In this document: positions 10,615-24,482 of the stretch, piece by piece
How the letters are laid out: each line of letters starts with the position of its first letter
Position numbering within the stretch: the stretch's first letter is position 1
DNA from: Trypethelium eluteriae
Taxonomy: Eukaryota
Assembly: GCA_051942245.1 (NCBI GenBank)
Contig: JAVECL010000245.1
Coordinates: 1-33,182, forward strand
DNA length: 33,182 nucleotides
Reading direction: 5' to 3'
Position numbers and translations under genes: made by a program
Notes under the pieces: model-generated
Seen by the model: only the letters and a program-made list of their open reading frames with translations
Database searches by the model: none
Told to the model about the DNA's origin: nothing

Positions 10615-11127
10615 ATGCCTCTCAAGCACAAGAAATCTCTCAAACCAATTCTTACTCAGCCGGATCCTACATCAAGATCTCTCCGTGCACCCCCTTCCCT
10701 AAATCGCAATCGCGAAACCCAGCTGGTTGACGTACCTGAAGCCTCATCCAGTCGCCTCCAATCCAAAGCTAAGCGTCAGCTCGCCACTACCAACAGGAGG
10801 CATGCTCACGGTCGCGATACAAAATACCTCGCCTTCTCAACCATTGCTTGGTCTGCCGAGCATGATGGTACAATCCAGCAGGCCGACGTCTGCTCGGATG
10901 GCAAATTGGCGAGGGAGCGCCCGGCTCTCGATGCGAACACATTGCAGCGCGTGAAGGAGAAAAGCTCTTCTACGGACCCACAGAAGTATCAGCAAGAGGG
11001 CAACACGCAAGGGCAGAGGAAGGTTTATCGTGGGAAGAGAGCAGCGAAGGCAATGAAGGCGGAGGGAAAGAGTGTTGAGTGGACATCGAACATGTATGAT
11101 GTTCTTGAGAACATCACCGAGATGTAA
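10615..11127 (+). CDS. Hypothetical basic protein, 170 aa, single exon
   Basis: Good start context (CACCATG), a TATA-like TATAAAA at ~10474 and a C/A-rich leader. Lys/Arg-rich with no domain I recognise. Confidence 0.6.
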   Translation: MPLKHKKSLKPILTQPDPTSRSLRAPPSLNRNRETQLVDVPEASSSRLQSKAKRQLATTNRRHAHGRDTKYLAFSTIAWSAEHDGTIQQADVCSDGKLARERPALDANTLQRVKEKSSSTDPQKYQQEGNTQGQRKVYRGKRAAKAMKAEGKSVEWTSNMYDVLENITEM

Positions 11128-12068
11128 GACAAGGATGGTGTGGGTCTTTTGCCCGGAAAGCCGCTTTAAGCTGTGGCTGCGGATCTGGTGATGGCTGGAA
11201 TGTGAGTGACCCAACTTACTCAGTTATCCTTGCTCTTGCATTTCCTTGGTTCATTTTCTTGGTAAACCAATTGAAAAAAGAAACTAAAAGATATCAAATA
11301 GATGGCGGAAACTTCTATCTTTTTGGTTGCTACTCTCAGCACCGAGGTGGAGTGGCATATCATCTATCACACCAGTATAGGAGTGATCTACCTGACTATG
11401 TAATATAATGGAGTCGTTTTGGAGTTCTGAGAACGCGTAAAACTTTTGCTTGAGAACGATCTTGTGGGTTGTGCTGTAGATGTACATGGTCAAAGCGATA
11501 TCGTGTCAATTGCCTGAGATATCAGTGATTGCTCCACTAGAATCAGTTCGATCGGGCGTTGGGGCGAAAATATGTCTTCTGTGTGTAAGAGCAAAAGTTC
11601 TACTTCGGCATGTTTTCTTGTAAGCTTTGAACAGTGGTCAAGCTGACGCAGAGCCCTTCGAAGGGGGAAGAGGGTTGGTCCCAGTTCGACGTGTTGAAGG
11701 TCTGGTGATAGTCCTCGTCCTCACTTTATCAACAGCGTTGCCCTGTATTCACACCTGGATAGCCAAGATCTAAGAGATATCGATTTGAGAGAAGTATTCC
11801 CAGCCATCGAAAAAGGAGCGGCGACTTGAGCTTCTCGTGATAGCGCGAAGTAGTTTCTGAAGTGATTCTCTCTTCCTCCACGACCACCTTTCATTCACCT
11901 CAAACCTTTGCTTCCTTTCGCGGGACTGTGGGTCACTCTCAACTCTCGATAATAGCCCCGCTGAAGAATAGAACTATTCACCATCGCTACCTCATTCACC
12001 AGTCTGTCTTTGGCGGCAAATTCACTGTTGACTCCTTTGAAGCCTTTAGACGTCTCGTTCCCTTCAAA

Positions 12069-15000
12069 ATGGGGCACCAAGAGACCCCAGATGGCTTGGT
12101 TCCACAACACAAAGAATTCACCTTGCTAGATTTCCGCCAATCTCTGATTTCTATTTCGGAATTCCCTCAACCGCCTTCCTCTACCCGGTCGACTTCACCT
12201 GTGGAAGCTCCGCACGTTGCCGGTCCCAAGTCTGCTGAAGAGCAACAAACGCGAACAAGGAAACCCAGTGCTCGCATCAACTGCAGTGGTGACAGCAATG
12301 ACAGCAAGGGCACACCTGACCACACCGCGACGAGCTTCCTTCCAGACAATGACATCGTCGAAGGCCAACAAAGCTTCGACAGCGACAGTGACGTGACAGT
12401 CCCCACCGACATTCTTGGCAGCGAGAACGACAGCATCAGCTTCCTCGACAGTTCGCCAGCCACGTCCAGCACATGCACCGATGCTACCGCTCTTTCACCA
12501 AATCCAGAATCACCCTGGACCAGCATGCGACGCACATACAAACCACATCACGAGTCTTTACATATCAATACCTCATCTCCTGCCACTTCTACGGCCAGTG
12601 TCACCCTTCCCCACCATCACTTGCAGTCTCCCCCTCGTCATCGCGAGTTCGATATTAACGTCCACATACCGAGTCCGGGCTTGAGCTTTGAAGACCTTCC
12701 GAATGCGCGCACGAGTATCGTTTCTTCAACCGCAACGGTAACTGCAAGTGGTGTGCCAGCATCTCCTGTCAGATCACCACCATCACCACTTCTCCCCCCC
12801 TTACCATCAAGGCCTCCACTCCGCAGATTAGCAGGAGAGAATAACATGTATGGCTTGGGTGGCAAGAATGCGCTTGCGTACTATTCGCCAAGTCAGGCGA
12901 GGGCTCATGAGCTAAGCGACAACCGAGTGAAGACAGTCGCATACGACGACGTCACATCCAAAATTCCGCCTCGGACGCAAGATATATGGAAGGATCAGGA
13001 TGGAGATAAGGATGAGCTATTCTTACCGCCGCCGATGCCGTTGAAGAGCCCCACCAAGCCGGCGATTCCGCCGAGGAGTCCAAAGCGAGCAACAGTACAC
13101 AGAAGAGTCCCAGCCGTTGCGAGCTTCGCTGAGGATTGCACATCAGCTCGAAACAAATTGAAGGGCTCCAATGTTGCTGAATCGGTAGGCGACTCGGAAT
13201 ATGACTGGGTGAAAGTGCCAGGTCCCCTCAACGGCGTGGATAGTCTCTCACCGAGGCCTGGCAGCATGCTTCTGGATCTCATTGCCGAGCTTCGCACGGA
13301 AAATAACGATGATGACACCGGCGATGAAGCTCCTGCGACACCTACGCCAATTCTCGAAGCGAAACCGAGGGTCTCGACCGAGCACGAAGACAGTGGCGTG
13401 GCCTTCATGATCGATCCTGATGTCCAAGGGGACAGCACTGAGGCCTCAACCCACGACAGCGGTTCCATCGCCGCAGCCGTCGAAGATGGTGCATCCATTG
13501 CCAGATCCACTATGGCAGGAAAGCTTCAAGCAGAGGAGGCAGAGGTCGAAGCATCCACTCAGCGCTCGCATTCACTGATCGCCTCTCTCCGTCGACGCGC
13601 CACTGAGCTCGCAGCCAAACAGCAGCGCTTCGCGAGCACAGTCCAGACTATTCGCCAACATATTGCCTCTTGCACTCCTGCTGGCGCCACAAGCCAAATG
13701 CAGAAAGTACGTCTTCTACTGCGGCAGTCGAAGCTGCGAGAGGCCGAGCTGATGGTGCAGGAGTTAGAGATGCAGAAGGCGCTGACCGAATGCGTGATCG
13801 AGCTTTTGGAGGTACGAAACATGATCGGGTTGGGAGAGAAAGGGCACAAGGAGGCAATTTGTGATGGATGTGTAGCTGCTGAACGATTTGAAAGGTCGAA
13901 GAAGGGGGACATGATGAACGGTGAGAAAGACCAGGTGAGGAGGAGCGTGCTGGAGATGCTCGTCAGTGAGGACGCTGATGGGGGCGTGTTGGGATGTACG
14001 AGAGACAGAAACGATGGAAAGTGGGAAGATCGAACAGATGACAAGTTGGAATGCGAGTCTAAGGACGCCACGAAAGCGGTCTTGGAAAAGGCAGAGAAGG
14101 ATGGAAAGCACACTGATGAAGCCTGGAAGGAAACAGGCAAAAGCCCTCATCATACAGAAGATGACGCTGCAATTGCAAAGGAGTATTCCGAGACCATCAG
14201 GAGGAAGTCAGTAGGGCAGTCCCATACTCCAGCTACTTCCACTTATGCGGTCGTCCTCGACACATCTCCGACCATGGATGCCAGCACTCAAGACGCTAAA
14301 AAGTTTGTCGAGGATCTCAATCCTGAGAAGATTGAGGGAGACGATATTGGCGACGACCCTGAATGGATGTCTCGTGGCATCTATAGAAACGTTGATCAAG
14401 ACGCCACCACAGCCATAGACGTTCCACATTCGCAGGCCGTCCTCAAGCAAGATAGAAAGGTTGCAGAGCTCGAGCAATTGCGCAGAACCAATCCAGCCGT
14501 ATACTCATTTCTGGGTAAAGCGCCCAAGCGATCAATAAGTCCGACGCGGCTGGCAACCAAGGGCCCTCTGAGGCCTATCCCTTCACTCCGACAAGATGGA
14601 CCACTGCCTGAAGAGCTACCCAGAGTTCGAGCCGCTCATGAGTCGGACAGGACAGATCACAGGGGGCCGAAGGTTATTGATGAGCGGGAATTGCCAGCCA
14701 AATTCCATCTGCGGAAACTGATGCAACGGCGCAAAGGTGGAGGCAGCACAAGCAGTGATGGAGCTAGCCCGATTGGCACTGGATTGAGGCGAGAGGACGG
14801 TGTCATTTTCCGGTCACCAACGAAAACCAGTAAGGCGGAGCCGGAGAGAAGCAGCCCTGCGAAAGAACCCGCTAACGATGGAACAAACCAGAAGCATATC
14901 AACAACATGAAGAAGGTTACGGAGGCGAAGGAGTACGAAAGATCCAGTGAGGACACTTCGCGATCATCTGGTGATAAGGTCCAGAGGATGCCTTCCAGGG

Positions 15001-15125
15001 CAGAACAATTTATAAGGTAAGCACGACCTATTCCATTTTGTGTCAGTCATCAGCAAAAAGCAAAAGCGTAGAAAAGACTAACTCATGTTGGGATCAGCTC
15101 TGCGATCAAAGTAATGTTTCTGTGA
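12069..15125 (+). CDS. Large hypothetical protein (~990 aa): Ser/Pro-rich disordered regions with a central predicted coiled coil
   Basis: Open frame of about 3 kb. The first ATG is at 12069 (CAAAATGG). The apparent stop lies in a donor, AG|GTAAGC at 15017, with branch GACTAAC at 15076 and acceptor CAG at 15097, giving the end ...EQFISSAIKVMFL* at 15125. Confidence 0.85.
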
Positions 15126-15260
15126 CAGTCAACGAGCTCCATTTTTTCCTTGTTAGATAGCGCAGGCCAGATTGACTGGAAGATGTTCATACAAGAACAA
15201 GGGATCTAGCCAAACCTGCCGTATGTATTTACAGCGTATACACAGAAGCAACACATTGCC

Positions 15261-16146
15261 TCACATCACAACACAACAACTTCTTAGCGCTTTGAAGATC
15301 TTTGGTAAGTTTTTCTTCACAGCCTCTTCCAGTTCGTCATTTTGGTTCGGTTGACCTCCCTGTCCGGAGTATCCGCCACCACCGCTGTATTGATCGTAGT
15401 ACTGCTGCTGCCCTCCGTACTGTGGGTGATAGCCGACATTTGGTGGCATCTGAGCTGGTGCGCCAGTGAGGTCGATATAGATGCGGCCTTCGTTGTGCTC
15501 GGTGTGTTCAGAGAGGCCGAGCTCGCGACATATCTCTTCGACGCGTGGTTTGATCTTCTGGATATGATTTGGCGAATGATTTCCCTTTCCGACAATTCTT
15601 TCTAGGTTTCAGCTCGTTATTTCACTCCTTGGATTGCTCTGACCGTACACATGGAGATGCGTCTGCCCAGTGGATTGGGCGTATCGTATCCTCTGTTCTA
15701 ATATCTGCTCGGCTTCTTCCACAAACTGTCCGTGTAGGTCAATCGTATCGCTTGCTACTCGGCCTTCGGCATTGTTCTCTCTGAAGATGAATTCTGAAGC
15801 TTGCTTATTGTATTGGTCCGTCATCTGGGCATGACGCTTGCCCTCTTCAGATAACTGGTGAGCCGCTGCACCATCGCCGCGCTCGTACGCTTGACGGGAC
15901 TACTTCGTTTAATCAGTTGGCATCTGTGGAGATCCTTGACCATCTGCCGGATGCACACCTTAGCAGCGCAAGATTGTTGCTTCCCATGCTCTTGACGTGC
16001 GAGATCGCGAAGTCGATCATACTCTGCTTCAGCGCCATTGCTGGACTGATGATTGAAGGCTTGATCACGGATTCAGAACTCGTTGTACGACGTGGAACAC
16101 TCATAGACTTACGCCGACCCCCTAGCTGGGCTGAAGGATAAGACAT
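15261..16146 (-). CDS. DUF1771 + Smr (small MutS-related) domain protein, ~240 aa, with C-terminal CaaX
   Basis: Exons 16146-16113, 16059-15959, 15899-15649 and 15597-15261 total 723 nt. DUF1771-like segment AYERGDGAAAHQLSEEGK...IFRENN. Smr motifs IDLHGQFVEEA and HVIVGKGNHS. Gly/Gln/Tyr-rich tail ending in CCVVM. Confidence 0.9.
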
Positions 16147-16843
16147 AGTAACAGAAGTCAGGCCAGAGACCAGGAGAGGAGAAACTAAGGAGATTCAGAG
16201 GAACGGAAACGGGTGTTTTGCCATTATTTCGCGTGTTCGGGTTCCGCTTGGTCCGTGCTTTGATGCTATTGATCGATCAACGACAATAGAACAAACAAAT
16301 GATATCATACATCTCCAAGATTCACACACAAGGTTCATGACAAATTGTACGCGTCTCTTGGCTGATGAATTCGCAGATATTCTTGCTTTTGCTGTCAGGA
16401 GAATATTCCATTGGCCCCGAAAATTGGGGAAACAACTATTGTCAGCCCAAAGAGTCGCTGGCACTCCCATCCCCACGCAAGCCAAGCATACCTTACCTCT
16501 TATTACTACAACTCTTACTACGCATCATCGATCGTTGTACGAGGCAAACGGTGGTGATAAGCATCATCAGGAATTCGGCCAGCTTTTACAAATTCGCAAG
16601 AGCAAGTTATTTCATTTAAAGGCCTGTCGGTAATATGAGAAACTCGGACGCAGGAAGCCGATTGCGCCCTTCTTGGATTATCGAAATCCATAGCTTGCTT
16701 AAGAAGAGCCGAAAGCATCGAGCCATCAAGTCAATCCTGCCGCAGATTCGCTCCTTGATGAATCTTTCTAGCACTGCCCTACGGAAAGCCCTGCTGTCTT
16801 CTGATTGTGGGCACGGCAATCGCGTTTTGTCCGTCCGTCATCC

Positions 16844-18360
<1,517 letters not shown>

Positions 18361-19430
18361 GATGGGACAGATTTAATATTATAAGATGCGGAAGTACGGA
18401 TGGCAGAGTCAATTGAGGGAGAGAATTATTGAGGTCGAAGCTAAGCGGGAGACAGGAAAAATAGTCGAAAGTGATTAATGCAAAAACTTCATTGGAAAAT
18501 ACCAGGGCAGAGAGTGATGATGCTGCCCCTCCATCGGCAGTTTACGAAATGTGGGGTTCTACACAGACACGACAGATCCCCTGCTGCTCACCGGCTCGTC
18601 TGAACCTGCTACGACAATGGTCGTGACAAGCTCTGCGTAATGCTTACCAGGGCAAGTGTGTCCTTCGTTATCTTAGACTGTGATGGCAATCTACCTAAGG
18701 TTTTGTAGATGTCGTATCGGCTGTTGGAGCCGAAAGGGGCTATTACGAGCGAGGCGATGGAACGACGTCATACGGTACGCAGGAAAGCTACCTAAGCCAG
18801 GAAAATCTTGCCTTACTGAGAAGTGCTTCCCATGGGGTTTGGGGGTGACTTATCTTCAAAGAGTATCTAAGTACATATACCAACCTTCTGGGAAAAAAAA
18901 CAAAATGTCTGGTGCAGAAAAACGTTGAACTTTCATGCATCCTGGATGTGAAGGTTATCTTCTAAGCTACTCTGCGTCATTTGCTCCATTCTACGGAAAT
19001 CTGTATCATCTGAAGAGGTCTATCTGAGTCGAGTTGCCAAGTGGTTGCCAGAATATATCTGTCTCTATCTCTCTTTTGTTCCCCGGGGTGTGGGACTCCC
19101 GCATATCGGTTGTATCCTATAGAGATGATCCCAGATCATTTAACCCAATTCAGTATCCCAGCCGCAACGACCCGACCGCTACCTCTACGTCCGAAAACAA
19201 TAATTCGCATACATGAGAATTTGTTTGTTTCCTCTTTGACAAGCTCAGCAAGGACAGTTGAACAAGACGCACAACGTCTTGAACATGTCTAAAGCTACAT
19301 AAAATAGTCACTAATAATATGTCGTTCTTCACCCATTTGTTTTGAGCCCCTGACACCATTGACCAGATCCTCATGTGAACAACGACCCTGACGAACGCCA
19401 TGATGACCAGCAAGCCATCACCATCGTTTT

Positions 19431-21334
19431 TTACCCTTCCCTTCCCGCCCCACCTGCCTCTCCACCGTCCTGAATGCCCATCCCCTCTCCACTCAAATAT
19501 CCTTCCCCCTCTGCGTCTTCATACTCTTTTATCAATTCCGCCACCACACTCCTCGCCTCATCGAACTCGCCAAGCCCATCTCGAAACGGATCCTCTCGCT
19601 TGTATTGCTCCAAAAACGCATTCCGCTTCCGCAACCGATCATACTGCGCCAGAATCCGCTTGAACAGTGTCGCAATCCCGGTGTGGTTCGCGAGCATCAA
19701 GCCCGACACTCGGGGGGAGCTCGGCGTCTGTGTATACGGGCTCTTCCGCGTCAAGGCCACCTGAATGGATGCGGGACCCCAGGGGATGAAGGTCGCAAGG
19801 CGACGCTCGCGGATGCGGAGCAGCGACTTGTGCACGTCGGTGGGGTCCGCCTCGCCCTGGATGATGTTGAGGATGGAGATGTAGCAGCTGGATTTGGATG
19901 GATTGGTCGAGACCATGCGGTTCTTAGGCTGTAAAAGACGGCGCATGACGTCGAGCACGGTCGTCTTGCGTACCGTTTTAGCTTGAGACAGTGACTCGCC
20001 CGTGAAAGGCGTGTAGGAGGTCATCAGAAAGTGGCAGCGGGGAACGGGGATGAGGCTAGCAACAAGGGAGACGAGGTCGTTGTGCATGTAGCCGGGGTAG
20101 CGGAGAGTAGTGGTGGACGCGGACATTACTGTTGACACCTGATCACTGTAGTCAGAGGCAGGCTTGGTCTAAGGTGCTGGTAAACTTACAAGTTGGTTAG
20201 TTTGCTGGAATGAGGGTTCTTGGACGTGGAGAGTATCGGCGGCTATCCTCGCTAGTGCACCATTATCAAGGACAACCTATACACATTTTAGCCTCTTGTC
20301 GGTACAGAGCATCCATCGATGAGTACTTACAACGGAATCGGCATTCTGTGTCAGCCTTCTCATGGACAGTAGGCTGTTATAGGGTTGAACCACAACATCG
20401 CCAACATTTTGCGTATCGGGAAATACTGAATAGGTCTGGATCAGCTTCTTCGGGAAGCGATCATTAAGTCGTTCCAACATGTAGCTCCCTAATCCGGATC
20501 CAGTGCCGCCTGCTATTGAGTGGAGCATCATGAAGCCCTATCGCTTGAAACTTAGCATTGAATCTGTCACAATCATCTTACGGAAGTCGGTTGATAGCGA
20601 TACCTCAAGCGAATCGCTGCCGTCTGCTTCTCGGTCAATCATGTCCATAACCTCCTCATGGACCTGCTCGCCCGCTGCGTAACCAGCTGCCCAGTTGTTA
20701 CCCGCTCCACTGCCATCCTTATGAATGTAGAAGTTCTCAGGATTGTATATGTTTTTGTATGCGCCCGTTTGTATGCTATTGATCACCTAATTTTAACACC
20801 AAATCAGCAAAGCCATCAATCTTGCAGACCCATCACGAGATATCTCCGACTAGTCGAAGTCGGACCCTGGCTGTGGAGAGTTGGCTACGTACTCGTGGTT
20901 CTAGGTCGAGCAAAATGGCGCGAGGAATGTATCGAGTATCATCAGACTACACGTAGTACGAGTTAGCAGGAGTCTTCGTCAGCGCACTTTGCGAGAAATC
21001 ATTTACTTGGTAGAAGAAGACATCCTTTCTATCTCCTCCCTCCGTCGCAAAATCCTCGAGATTTCCATTCTGGCTGATTCCATGTTCTTGGCACAATTGC
21101 TGCCAGAATTGACTGCCAACTTAAGCCCAAGTCAGCTTTTGCAGGGTCAAGCGAATCTGTCTGTTCCTTCATGCCACTCCATGTATGACCCGTGAGAGTC
21201 TGGAAGGTGGGGCTAACATAGAATAGACGCACCGTTGTTACCGCATTGGCCAGCTTGAATAGTAATGATTTCTCTTGCTCATTCAATTAACATTTGACAG
21301 AGTCAATTTCTGACGACTGGGATTACCTGGGCAT
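19431..21334 (-). CDS. mipA: Gamma-tubulin, ~466 aa, 8 exons
   Basis: Exons 21334-21327, 21273-21233, 21119-21007, 20946-20893, 20786-20604, 20537-20331, 20276-20190 and 20138-19431 total 1401 nt. Motifs [39 protein letters not shown] and [17 protein letters not shown]. Confidence 0.98.
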
Positions 21335-21376
21335 CGTGTCCCATGAACGGGAGTTGTGGTGGACTGGACGTGAACG

Positions 21377-21397
21377 ACGCGTCTGAAAGAGTCGCGT
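21377..21397. promoter_or_regulatory. Two MCB-like (MBF) cell-cycle boxes just upstream of gamma-tubulin
   Basis: ACGCGT at 21377-21382 and CGCGT at 21393-21397, about 45-65 bp upstream of the ATG. Confidence 0.5.
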
Positions 21398-21648
21398 CGC
21401 TAACTACCTACCTTACCTAGCTCTTTCGTACTGTAAGGCGGGGTTCACGCTCACGATGCAAAACTACCTACTAGGTAATGAGAGCAATAATATTTAAGAG
21501 TCATAATTCTATGCGTCGGCCAGATAATCTCCGAAATGATAATTCTAAAACGCTTTGAAAAGGTCCGATGCGCCTAAAAGTGGTATCTATGCAAGAAGGA
21601 TTGCCCGCTCTAAACGCCTGCAAATGCTTCGAGTCGTGCGTCCATTTC

Positions 21649-23059
21649 TTATGCTGGAACTCTCCTCCGAATGACTTGTCTATCATTGATGCCTCTTCGC
21701 CAATTGAACCAGGGAAGCAAGAAGAATATCAGGAGTTGTATCCATAGTGCCAGCAGGATCGGTCCGGCTCCTATAGCCCTTTTTTCGCTTTCCTCATCCC
21801 ACCTCTCACAGACATCCAAGTACGTCTTCGGATCATCGCTTATTACGCCATCCAGATTGTGTTGGATCGCCCATGCCATCCAAGGCTTACTATTGACGGT
21901 CCACCCAATTAGCGGCCGTTGCAGTGTGTGCAGTTGTTTTCTGAACCTGGCACCAATAGGGCCGATGAGTATGAAGATGAGCATGTTGAAGGAGCAATTC
22001 GGAAAGGCGAGGAATTTTCGAGCGTTGGAGATCGAGACACCAATATGGGCAATTGGAAAGTCAGGCAGATGTCTTCCGGAAAGACGGGCGTATTGAAGCT
22101 ACACGGCAATATTGAGTAAGCACCTAAGATGTGAGGCTATGGTTGATTGCGCCGCCTTACAGTCCAGCATCCGAGCATAGTGCGCTCATTCCAAGGACGA
22201 CCCTCCACGGGTTGCACATGTGCAAACGCTTGCGATATGAGACGCATCATCGTGTCGGCATCGTCGTCGAGCTGATAGTGTCAGGTGACATCGCGATGGA
22301 AGAACCAGGACTTCAAGCGCGGACTTACCTTGATGTCTAACAGGATCCATAGATGATGATGCTGTGGCTCTTTCAAGAATTCCAGAAGATCAATCAATCG
22401 AGGCATTGGTTCATTCGGTTCCTTAAGCGTCCGCAGCGTACTCAGGTAATTCCAATCACAATCGATGATCTTGTGCTCTTTCCCATAACATCGCTTAAGG
22501 GTAGCATCCTGAAAGGTCAGCAGCGCTCAAGTTCCTTTTATCTGCAAAGGGCACACACATGTGAGATGACGACAACGCCGTCCTTTGAAAGATGAAGATC
22601 TGTCTCAATGGCATGAGATCCAACTTCTGCCGCGCGAGCGAATGCCTCCAGCGTGTTCTCTGGATATTTTTCCTTGTACCCTCGATGGGCGATCGCTTGC
22701 GGAAAACATTTGCCATTCTTGTCTTTTCGGGCAAAGGCAAAAGATGCTTTGGAAGAATTAGCAGGACCTTTGCAGAGACCAGTCACAGCTACAGACCCAT
22801 CGGGTGTATGGTAGGTGAGAGAAGATGCTCTTGGAGGTCTTTCTCCATTCTACAGCTCCTCCGGTGCGCCGAAAAGCTAGCTCTTATGACCGAGGAGCAG
22901 TCGATGATGGTCTCAAGGTGTTTGTCGCCAAGCAGTCACACTATCATGAGATCATTGGCCACTGGGATGGAGGGTTCGAAGCATGACCGTAAGTCTTGAT
23001 TTGGACTAGGAGAAGGGGTGTATATGTGGGCAAACCGATAATGTGTGGGAGGGTTCCAT
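21649..23059 (-). CDS. Glycerophosphodiester phosphodiesterase, Pgc1-like (phosphatidylglycerol phospholipase C family), with C-terminal hydrophobic segment
   Basis: Spliced motifs PQAIAHRGYKEKYPENTLEAF, AIETDLHLSKDGVVVISH|DATLKRC, WILLDIK, LGCW, GWTVN and DGVISDDP. The frame is open back to an acceptor at ~22850. The first exon (MEPSHTLS, ATG at 23059) is tentative. Confidence 0.88.
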
Positions 23060-24482
23060 GGATAGGGCTACTTCATATATCCGGGAAGCCAGTAGAGAGT
23101 TACAATAATGGTTTGAATCCGGCTGGCACCAGAAACAGACACATCCGCCCTTGGGCGGCGGGACCCGCATCATGATGCCGTGTACGGAGTAAGCTGAAGG
23201 AGCCAGGCCCGATAGCTGGGACGAGACGACCGGTTTCCACACGGAAGAAGAAAGATCAAAGGACTCGTCTCATAACGGGGGTGGGGTAGTCTGGGTCTTG
23301 TCCATAGAGAAGTGTCGCAGTCCGAGCCCAAGGGAGTGGCACATGTTGGCTCACCACCTCACGCTGCTGGGTTGGCGCTAAGAGAGTAAGCTTAATCATT
23401 AGCGTGCGCCGGCTCGAGACAGTTCCGTGACGCTGCGCGTGCCGGCCCTGCCACGCCTGCCTAGAAGAAACGCACCTCGCTCAAAAGGAGCTGATGCTGA
23501 GGGCACTTCTTCTTTCTTCCGAGGCTGCAAGCTCGAGAGCCGGCGCCTGGGTGCTCACTAGAGCGACGTCGGTGACGTTGTTGGCTGTGGGCGCATCCGA
23601 AGCATCACAGCCTGCTGGCCCAGGTCTATCTAGCAATGATGGGTGGATGGGTGCACCGTGGGTGGTTCTGCAAGATCGGACAACGCACGCGACAGCCGCG
23701 GATCGTCCTCGTCGATCAATCTGAGTTTATTCTTGTCACAGACCCCTGGAAGCGTTTGACTTCTCATTATTGTTTCATCATAAGGGCGATCTCCATTCCA
23801 TCTCCATTCCATCTCACTCCCAGCCAGCACTTACAGCGCCATGTTTTCATGAGCATCCTCTACGTAGAGTGGCAGTGCTTTCACCCTCATCATTTCATCA
23901 TCTGACGTCTTCTAGCCATGTGACTTTCAGCCACCAATTGATCAGAAGCAGGCTCCAGTACTCCGTACGCAGGGTCAAAGGGGGTGCGATGAGCTATTCC
24001 GCATGGCTTTATCGATTGGTTGCATTGTGGCTTCGAGAACACCGTTGATCTGCACTAATATGCAGTGAGCAACTGCATGAGATGGTTAGCGCTTCATCTG
24101 CGCAGGTCAAACATTAATCACATCATTCTACACAAGAACTAGCAACTGAGGAAAGGTCGGCAACCCAATCGGGCGGATACTGCAATACGGATGCCAATTT
24201 CGAAAATAGCCTGGATAGCATCCAAAACAGGTGCAGGATATCTCGTACTTGTAAGCCACCGCCCCATGCTTAAGATTTATGCTTAAATTTCGTGGCGTTG
24301 GATCGTTCCGTTCCCCGATGCAAGCGAAAGCAGACCGAGGAGCGGCAAGGCAGTTCTAATTGGGACGACGTTCACCGGGCAAATTACCCAGCAGCGGGCA
24401 GAATTTCGAAATCAGATTTGAAATCGGTATTTGACACGTCTTTCTCCTTCGCCTGTGCTAGACCACTACGCTCCAGAAGAGG

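Noticed and set aside
11895..14956. Antisense and alternate-frame ORFs over the large plus-strand gene (likewise over SFA1, gamma-tubulin, the GDPD and the calponin gene)
   Set aside because: These are shadow ORFs produced by the codon structure of the real genes.
22798..22848. ATG at 22848 as the start of the GDPD gene
   Set aside because: It is out of frame with the catalytic exon, reaches TAG after 19 codons, and would need an implausibly short intron. An upstream exon spliced to the acceptor at ~22850 fits better.
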